Shown here one piece after another: positions 55,398-64,000 of a stretch of DNA of 64,000 bases (the first letter of the stretch is position 1; each line of letters begins with the position of its first letter). The position numbers were made by a program, and so were the translations under genes. The notes beneath the pieces are model-generated. The model had not been told where the DNA came from and did no database searches. It worked only from the letters and a program-made list of their open reading frames with translations. Origin of the DNA: Chrysomallon squamiferum (Eukaryota; Animalia; Mollusca); assembly GCA_012295275.1 (NCBI GenBank), contig CM022678.1, positions 310,001-374,000 of the forward strand, written 5' to 3'.

Positions 55398-55946
55398 AAA
55401 ATTATTAATTATAATATTCAGAAGTCATTATGATCATTTTTTTTTATCGTTGTTTACATATGTAAAATTGCTCTCAGACATAAGTTTACATTGTTTTTTT
55501 TTTATGTCCGCACTGCACAGCTGCCTGCAAGGTCTGAATCTAGTGTGCACTGTTTGTTTTTGTTGTAATGAAAGTGTGCGACTGTGTTTAATTATTTTTT
55601 GAAGGGTCATGACCTTTCACATACTCAAACATTGTGGCATGCCTCTCTACGTGTGGGAAAATACACGTGGTTTCTGTCCTCTCGCGTTTTCCCCTTTGCA
55701 TTAAAACATCTAATCTCAAGTAGAAGAGCACAGATTTCACTTCAAAATGATGTTTTCCTTTCACAAATCTGAAGTTAAGAAAACAAGTTTTCTTATTTTA
55801 ATTATTTATTTTTTAATTTATTTATGTTTATGACTATTAATTGTGTGTGTGTTTTATGTGATGCGTATATTAGACGTCATCTTTGTCTACCAGTCTATTA
55901 AAAAAAAAAACCCAGTAGACAAATAAATATATCAATAAAGAAATAG

Positions 55947-56005
<59 letters not shown>

Positions 56006-56059
56006 CAAACTGCTTTTCTTACAGAGATAACAGAACATTCCAAATCGGTGACGTGTCGT

Positions 56060-56163
56060 CTTGTAAAAAATCACTCGATGTGTCCAAGCAGATGACTGAC
56101 AGAATATTTTGTGTGTGAATTTATTCTACAAGATTGCAGTTTTACTTCTATTTCTACTACAGG
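56060..56163 (+). other. Diverged copy of the putative first exon of the STAND gene
   Basis: ...CAAGATTGCAGTTTTACTTCTATTTCTACTACAG|GTAAGC resembles the reverse complement of 14062-14120 (...CAAGTTCCGAGTTTTACTTCCTTTTCTGTTGCAG|GTATAT). Confidence 0.6.
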
Positions 56164-56418
56164 TAAGCAAACTTTATACTATACTCCATTTACACTTTCT
56201 TTCTTTCTTTTTTTTTTTCTTTTATTAACCAAAAACAACCCTCGCAGAAACAATTACGAAATAATACACTAGAGAACGAGGAAAAAATAATATTACTTTA
56301 ATTAATTAATGTATTTATTTATTATAAATTCATTTATGTATTTACTTGTTACATGGTAGAATTAAATAAATCAATATGTAAATAAATAAATAAGCAAATA
56401 AATAAAGTGCAATGAAAA

Positions 56419-56449
<31 letters not shown>

Positions 56450-57386
56450 GCAAATAACAAACAAAAGTAAAATGAAAATAAATAAATAAGAAATTATATT
56501 TGGATGAAAGTTGATCAAACAAAATTACTTTTATGGGTTAGTTTATTTATTTATTTATTATTAGATCGAATTTTATCTTTGTATAACAACGACAACAACA
56601 TCAAATGAATAAAAAAGGACAAATAATGGATGCGCTGTTTAAGTATAACCGCTGTTGATGAACGAATGTTTGCAAAAATAATAATGTGTACTTTTCTCAG
56701 TTGCCTTATAAAATAGTCGATGAAGGAATAAAATGTCTTGGTAATAATTTATTATTTAAAAATATACAAAATTGAAATTAATTAATATCTTCAAATATTG
56801 GTGCTGATATAATTCAGGCTATTCGGGAAGCTGCAAAAAGTGTAGAATAATTATGATAAGACATTGGTTAAAAGTATTTTCAATGTTTAGTCTACACTAA
56901 TAAGGTAATAGGTTGATTTCTATCTACTTATTTAGTATAATTATAATCTAATACTGAGCTGTAGTTTAAAATAACTAAATTTGATATTCCTTTTTACAGT
57001 TATATTTATTAGTTGATTTGGTTCTTGTTTTTTTTTTTTGGTTATTGTTGTAGTTTTATTTTTGGAATGCATTTTTTAAATATTTAATATGGAGTATCAT
57101 CTCTTTGAATATTTTAATTAACAGTTTTAGGACTGAACTACGATTGTGACTATTCCATTTTTATTTATTTTATTTTCAAATACTTCGTATATCATTGTCT
57201 TATTCACATATTTCAAAAATGATATCGTATTATCGGTGTTCCGAATATGATGATGATGATGATGATAATAATACTAAAATATATATATTTCATTTCATGA
57301 ATTTGACGTTCTCTTTGTTGCAAGTCTGCTTCAGTGTTAAATAGTAATACTTTTATGTATTGGCTGATATATGTGTGCGTATGTGC

Positions 57387-57421
<35 letters not shown>

Positions 57422-58073
57422 CGTGTGTGTGTGTGTGTTAATTAATCTGGTTTCTTTTGGAGGCTAAGATTAAGTGTGAGAAAAATGTTCACAATGTTTT
57501 GTTTCACTAAATTTACGAGACATGTAGAACACAAGCGGCAGATACATTTTTCAGTTTCGTTTCCTTCAGTTTATGTGATATTACAAAGAATGCACCCTAC
57601 TCTTTGTTATAAAACAGATATCAACACTGTTTACGGAACTTTCGTGGAGCTAACTGTTCAGTTATTAAAGAAAATTCACCTATTTTCATTATTATTTTCT
57701 TGTTGTTTCCCTTATATTTGGTTGTTTCTGTAAGTCTTTGTTCCCTCTCTCTGCATTCTATAAGCTTTTAATGTGTATACAGTTACATATGTGTCCAATA
57801 AACATGACAAAGTGATGCAAGGTCTGTGCATGTCTGATACAAATAATTTCATTGCATCAGTCATTTCAGACTATACTTAATCATTCACTGTGTGTGTGTG
57901 TGTGTGTGAGTGTGTGTGTGTCTGTATATGCGTGTGTGTTTGTAGATATGTATATAATCTTTTTTTTTCTCATTACAATTATTTTTGACTGTGGGTCTGT
58001 TAAAAATAATATTATATTTAAAAGGTAAACGATGTTGAAAACAGTTAACAATACATGCTAATTTCTTAAATGC

Positions 58074-58272
58074 TGTGATACAAAGTCTAGCAGTCAGTGT
58101 CTATGACTAAACAAGAGCAGAGAAAAGAGGTGTTACACTTTCTAATATAACAGACAACAAAAACAGTTCTGTTTTACATCTAGCAGCTTTTTCTGGAGCT
58201 TTGTTTGAAAAACGTGTTGATGTAAATATTATTAACTGCGATGGTTAAACTCCTCTTGATAAAGTTGAATAA
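58074..58272 (+). pseudogene. Internally deleted paralog of the STAND-ankyrin gene: the start of the NTPase exon fused to a terminal ankyrin repeat
   Basis: 58074-58141 TGTGATACA(A)AGT..CAGTCAGTGTCTATG..AAACAAGAGCAGAGAAAAGAGGTGTTACACTTT matches the 5' end of the 9241 exon (acceptor AG mutated to AA). 58150-58272 reads TDNKNSSVLHLAAFSG/ALFEKRVDVNIINCDG*TPLDKVE*, an ankyrin repeat. Confidence 0.85.
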
Positions 58273-58874
58273 TAGTTAACTTTTTTTAAATTAAAAACTG
58301 TTTTGAGGAATGTATTGGTCTTTAAATTACATTGAATGATTATTGTGTATAAGTATTGTTTCTTTTGCTTCATATGGTGTTTATTTCATTTGTCTTCATT
58401 CTGAGCACGATATTATTATCTGTTATAATCGTTGGTGTAGTCCAACCCGTTGTCCCGCTCTGTTGCTTTCTGACTTCGTATTGAAACCAGTTTTCAGAAA
58501 CATGATATATTGGAACATTCAGTGACGTCACAGAGTCACAATAGCAACTCACTGTATTGAAATAAACGGGTGATGTAGAACGAACCGCAGATAGAATTAC
58601 ACAGACAAGTTAAACATGAGATATCTGCGTGTTAGTCTTGTGACATTTCTTCACGTTACGGGTAAAACAAATTGTAACAGGACATAAAACATTAATAATA
58701 AATAAATAAATAAATAATTTAAAAAAATAATAAAATAAAATAAGAGGGATGAAACATTTTAAAATAAAACTGTAAGCGCTAGTTAACGTATTCAAGAATT
58801 TTATATATGTACAAGGCTTTTGTAGCGTTGTTAAATGTCTGCATTTATCCCTCAGCTAATTTGGTTTCAGGTTT

Positions 58875-59175
58875 TTCTGTGTGTGTCTGTATACGTGTGT
58901 GTTTGTGTGTGTCCTTCTGTGTATGTCTGTACACGTTTTTGTTTGTGTGTGTGTTCTGTGTGCGTGTTTGTGTGTCTGTCTCTGTATATTGGTGTATGTC
59001 TGTGTGTGTATGTATCTGTTTGTTTGCCTTTGGGTCTCTGTGTTTGTGTTTGTGTGTTTTTGTGGTGTGTGTGTGTTTGTGTTTGTGTGTTTTTGTGGTG
59101 TGTGTGTGTTTGTGTCTGTGTGTTTGTGTTTGTGTGTTTTTATGGTGTGTTTGTGTTTGTGGGTGTGTTTATGTG
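58875..59175. repeat. Degenerate (TG)n-rich tract; a similar tract occupies 63635-64000
   Basis: Direct sequence. Confidence 0.92.
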
Positions 59176-59699
59176 TACCTCTAAATACTATTAAGTTATT
59201 GCGAGGCACGATGACAGTAATCCTGTCTCCTCCCACTTTCCATCAAGTTAAGAAAAATAAAAGTTTCTGCATCCCGAGACGACTCCACTGTTTAGAAAAT
59301 GAGACCAATCAGTCTCATTACGTGATGACGTCACGATTTCAGCTAGGATGTGCTACAGTCGTTAAATGTTTTGTAATTGTTCCTGTCAAACTCTGTTTTG
59401 TGTAATGAAAAGTCGCTCTAAAGAAAGAAATAATAACATAAATCTTAATAATAATAATAAAGAAAAGGATGATGACAACAATATTTGTGTGTGTGTGCTA
59501 TTTTAAGCTATATTTTAGTTTACTATAAGCAAATGATATATAGCTGGCCCCTGTATACTGCTCATATCTTTTTGTGCAAGTATACAAACCAGTTTGACAA
59601 ATGTTATTCTTAGAACTTATGTAAAACGTGTTTACACTGTCACCAAGCAACCACACTACGTGTAAACCAGTCACGTGTCGTCTTACAAAAATGTCACCT

Positions 59700-59801
59700 T
59701 TGCGTTTAAGCGGACGATTCACAGAGTGAGCAGACGGTGTAGAATTTGTGACAATTCGTTAGTTGAAAAGATTCCAATTTTATTTCGATTTCTGCTACAG
59801 G
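59700..59801 (+). other. Third copy of the putative first exon module
   Basis: GAATTTGTGACAATTCGTTAGTTGAAAAGATTCCAATTTTATTTCGATTTCTGCTACAG|GTAGGC versus GAATTTGGGTAATTTCGTTAGTTGACAAGTTCCGAGTTTTACTTCCTTTTCTGTTGCAG|GTATAT (minus strand at 14.1 kb). Confidence 0.7.
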
Positions 59802-59896
59802 TAGGCAAACCTTTTACTACACTGTTGATTGTCTGCTTATTTCATATTACAAACTTAATTATGTTATTTTAGTTTAGTTTATTTACTTATGTTTTG

Positions 59897-60096
59897 NNNN
59901 NNNNNNNNNNNNNNNNNNNNNNNNNNNNNNNNNNNNNNNNNNNNNNNNNNNNNNNNNNNNNNNNNNNNNNNNNNNNNNNNNNNNNNNNNNNNNNNNNNNN
60001 NNNNNNNNNNNNNNNNNNNNNNNNNNNNNNNNNNNNNNNNNNNNNNNNNNNNNNNNNNNNNNNNNNNNNNNNNNNNNNNNNNNNNNNNNNNNNNNN
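59897..60096. other. Assembly gap (200 N)
   Basis: Run of N. Confidence 1.
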
Positions 60097-60621
60097 GATG
60101 ACATCAGTTGTCAGTGGTAATATTTTACTCACAGTTTTAATATGTTAATGATACTCACCACAACTGAGAGATGAGCTACTCAGTTGTCAGTGGTAATATT
60201 TTTACTCACAGTTTTAATATGTTAATGATACACAACACAACTGAGAGATGAGTTACTCAGTTGTCAGTGGTAATATTTTTACTCACAGTTTTAATATGTT
60301 AATGATATACAACACAACTGAGAGATGAGCTACTCAGTTGTCAGTGGTAATATTTTTACTCACAGTTTTAATATGTTAATGATACTCACCACAACTGAGA
60401 GATGAGCTACTCAGTTGTCAGTGGTAATATTTTTACTCACAGTTTTAATATGTTAATGATACACAACACAACTGAGAGATGAGCTACTCAGTTGTCAGTG
60501 GTAATATTTTTACTCACAGTTTTAATATGTTAATGATACACAACACAACTGAGAGATGAGCTACTCAGTTTTGGTAATATTTTTACTCACAGTTTTAATA
60601 TGTTAATGGTACAACTGAGAG
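60097..60621. repeat. 77-bp tandem repeat x~6.5, abutting the gap; each unit contains an acceptor-like TTTTTACTCACAG
   Basis: CAGTTGTCAGTGG recurs at 60104, 60181, 60258 and onward. The last unit ends GAGAG|GTAAGC. Confidence 0.95.
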
Positions 60622-61515
60622 GTAAGCTATTCATTTCTTGTTTTTATAGATTATCAGTACACATGACAACACACACCTCACAGTTTTCTCATGAATTTTT
60701 TTTTTATATATACATTTTCTACTTATTTATTTATATATTTTGTTGGCTTTTGATTTCTAAAATTATTTTTATTTATTTTATTTGATATATATTTTTTTTA
60801 ATTTATTATTTTTGATGTTGTTGTTGTTATACTTATTAACATTTGTTTAAATTAAATGGAATTTATTTCAAATAAATATTTAAAATGTTAGTTTTATTTT
60901 CAGTGTTATTACTGAAGATTGACTGTACTGAAGCAGTGCTGGAGAAAAAAGTTCATGTTTCCTCTGATCACATGAAAACAGGTTTACTTTCTCAGCTGTT
61001 TTCATTAACACAACAGAATTAATTGACCATTCATTACATGTGGGGTTTTCAAGCACTGAGTGTGAAAAGATGAACATGATATGAACATAAATTCAGATTA
61101 TAAGAGAGTTGTATTCACTTTTTTTAAATTATTTATTTTATATATTGTTTTTGCTTTAACTATAGATATATAAATAAATAAATATGCAAATAGTGATTTT
61201 TTATTATTATTTTCAGATATGATTTGTTTGCTGTTTCTTCATAATTAATTTTTATATTTATATTCGTATTATTTTTTTATTATTTTTATTTAAATAAAAA
61301 TGTGTTTTGTCTTATTTTAGTTTTATAAATTCTTTCAGGATGATTAATATAAATAATTTGTGTTTTTCAGAATCCAGTGTCAGATCAGCCCAGGAGACAG
61401 TCTACCACCCTGACCTGACAACAAAAACAGAGGAAGAATTTTCTGTGAAACATTCAGTCAGATGTGAGAAGTCAGCCATTGATTAGAAAGTGAGTGAATT
61501 TGTTACACAGAGCTT

Positions 61516-61785
61516 ACATTTAGATTTAGTAACTGAAATACACACATACAGTCATGTTAACATTTAGATTTAGTAACTGAAATACACACATACAGTCATG
61601 TTAACATTTAGATTTAGTAACTGAAATACACACATACAGTCATGTTAACATTTAGATTTAGAAACTGAAATACACACATACAGTCATGTTAACATTTAGA
61701 TTTAGTAACTGAAATGCACACATACAGTCATGTTAACATTTAGATTTAGAAACTGAAATACACACATACAGTCATGTTAACATTT
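61516..61785. repeat. 44-bp tandem repeat x~6
   Basis: Unit CATTTAGATTTAGTAACTGAAATACACACATACAGTCATGTTAA. Confidence 0.95.
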
Positions 61786-62279
61786 TAAATGTTAACTTAG
61801 TACATTAATATCAAGAAAGTGAATGATACTTTGTAGAATTATTTCATCTATACTTCAAACTTGATTTATTCAAACTTGTGTGTTAAAGTCAGATGTCCCC
61901 TGTCAATACTTTAGCTAACATTTAAATAATAATTTGCTTTTGTTTCCAGTGAATGAAAGGATTATTAATGATACATTTTTGTTTTGTTTTTATTACTTTA
62001 CCGGATAAACTAGACATGCTGACCAGAAAAATGTCAAATAATTAAGTCACAACCCATTTGAATCATATCTAATCTTTATTTTACATGTAAAATTGTATAA
62101 TCCACATTAATATTGTTGGTACAACTCAGAATATTATTTTATTTTAATTACAACTTTTACATTTTTTAAATTTTCTGCAGGTTCTTTTATGATGAGCTTG
62201 GTTTGAGAATGAAAGAAAACATGTGAGAAGTGATGTCCTTTGATTCTAAAATCACTTCTCAATTTCCCCTCCAAGTTCT

Positions 62280-63160
62280 TCGAGTTTTCTGATCACCCTG
62301 AACTAAGAAAATGAAACATCTCAACAACAAATATGAAGAACTGAATTCTTGGATAAAATTGAAAGCTTTTAGAAAGTTTCACACCAAAATAACATTTTAA
62401 AAACATTACTAGTGTGAATCATGGACTGTTCTTACTGAAGAATCTGTAACATTGTGACACTGAATTGAGATTCAAAGTCACAGTGTTGTTCATGAAAGAT
62501 ATAATCAGATGTAGACAGTACACAGAATGTTTGTACCAGACACAGCACCAAGTACAGTCAAGTCTGTGAAAAAAAAAATATTTAAAAAAAAGGGCTAAAT
62601 CTAGAAATCTTTAACTGCTGCAAATCTTATGGCTCAAGGGAGATAATTTTATTTATATATTTATTATTGATTTATTTTTATTTTAAAGAATAATCAACTT
62701 AATCACATAATCCGAATATAAAATAACAAATAATATGAAAATTTCTGTTAAAGATTAAAAAGAAAAAACAAAGTATGTTAATAAAACATAAAGTGGAAGA
62801 TGATACGTTGTTTGTAAGCTATATTATAAAGAAATTTTCTTAATGAATAATTTGCACATCACATTACCACATTATAGTTGTTTCTTAATTTTTTTAATTT
62901 TTTTTTTCTAACCAAATGTCTTGATATTGTTATTTTATTTTGTTAATATATTTTATAACAAAACAGAAATCTTGGTATTTTTGTGTTTTATAGCACTCAG
63001 CTCTTCAAAGGCTTATGAAACATTTTATACCATGTTTGTTTTTTTTTCCAAATTTTATTGTGTTTTCTGTTGTTTATTACATATTTTTAGCTAGCATTTT
63101 CATCAGCTTGGGAAACAATTTCATAAGAGTGGAGAAATTTTTTATTTACATAGTTTTGAA
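62280..63160 (+). repeat. Segmental duplication; inverted partner of 28070-29055
   Basis: Reverse-complement matches, including 62368-62443 and 62518-62568. Confidence 0.9.
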
Positions 63161-64000
63161 ATAATTGTAGAAGTAATAGATGTAATTGTGGAGATAGTGA
63201 TACAAATAATAGTTACACCGATAGATAGATGTAAGTATGTTTTAACATTATCACTGGGTTAAGGAAAACAGGTCTGGACTGATTTCAGTATTCTATACCT
63301 GGTTTATGTTCAACAAAAATCTTTTTTATGGATTTCCCTGCAAATGTACACATGTATATTAATATTAATTTGCTATTTTAAAAACAAATGTAAATCATTT
63401 TGATATTTTATAATATTTAAATAGTTTATTCACATCTATTAGTTTATTAATATCTGTCTGTCTGAGTATTGTTATATTAAATACTAAGTTACATGTTGTG
63501 TCTGTTAGAGTCATGGCTTATAAAGCCATATTTCTATTGTGTTTTTGTTTATATATGCGTACATTGTTTATCCATAATGTCTTCTTACTGCGTCTGATAT
63601 ATTTGGGTTCCTTAGCAACGCAATAACATTCATGATTGTGTGTGTGTCTGTGTGTGTGCGTGTGTGTATGTATGTGTGTATGTGTGTGTCTGTATGTGTA
63701 TGTGTATGTGTGTGTGTTTGTGTGTGTCTGTGTGTGTCTGTGTATATGTCTGTGTGTGTATGTGCTGTGTGTGTATGTGTGTGTCTGTATGTGTGTGTGT
63801 GTCTGTGAATGAGTGTGTGTCTGTGTGTGTATGTATGTGTATGTGTTTGTGTGTGTACGTGTGTGTATGTGTGTGTGTGTCTGTGTGTCTGTGTGTGTGT
63901 GTGTGTGTGTCTGTGTGTGTCTGTGTGTGTCTGTGTGTGTGTCTGTGTGTATGTGTCTGTGCGTGTGTCTGTCTGTGTATGTGTCTGTGTGTGTGTCTGT

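Noticed and set aside
56695-56910. Coding-looking fragment (YKIVDEGIKCLGNN...IGADIIQAIREAAKSVE) as a paralog of the RHIM exon
   Set aside because: Multiple stops, no VxIG core, and no convincing nucleotide match.

Overview
Eukaryotic, AT-rich, microsatellite-rich genomic DNA. It is most consistent with a lophotrochozoan invertebrate, probably a mollusc (inferred from gene families and repeat style). There are two 200-N scaffold gaps, at 23744-23943 and 59897-60096. Most ORF-track entries are microsatellite artefacts. The one convincing host gene is on the minus strand at about 7.5-14.2 kb. It is a spliced NLR-like gene: four GT-AG coding exons joined by three phase-1 introns give about 502 aa, comprising a Ser/Thr-rich 9-aa repeat, a RHIM-like motif (KISNFGNVVIGGNS) on its own 84-nt exon, and an nSTAND3-type STAND P-loop NTPase. 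A frameshifted helical region and decayed ankyrin-like repeats follow the stop. A second, internally deleted NTPase-ankyrin paralog lies on the plus strand at 58.07-58.27 kb, and copies of the putative first exon recur at 56.1 and 59.7 kb, suggesting a birth-and-death immune-receptor cluster. Other content: a decayed, intron-retaining fragment of an alpha1-type collagen IV gene (Gly-X-Y plus NC1 exons, 30.55-33.17 kb) that spawned a 42-bp minisatellite; a decayed LINE; a full-length but inactivated Tc1 (DD34E) transposon and an older Tc1 relic; a 370-bp GC-rich satellite; an inverted segmental duplication (28-29 kb vs 62-63 kb) with two near-identical blocks; and several minisatellites that look like amplified splice signals, including a 2.7-kb array of roughly 120 units, most carrying TACTAAC.
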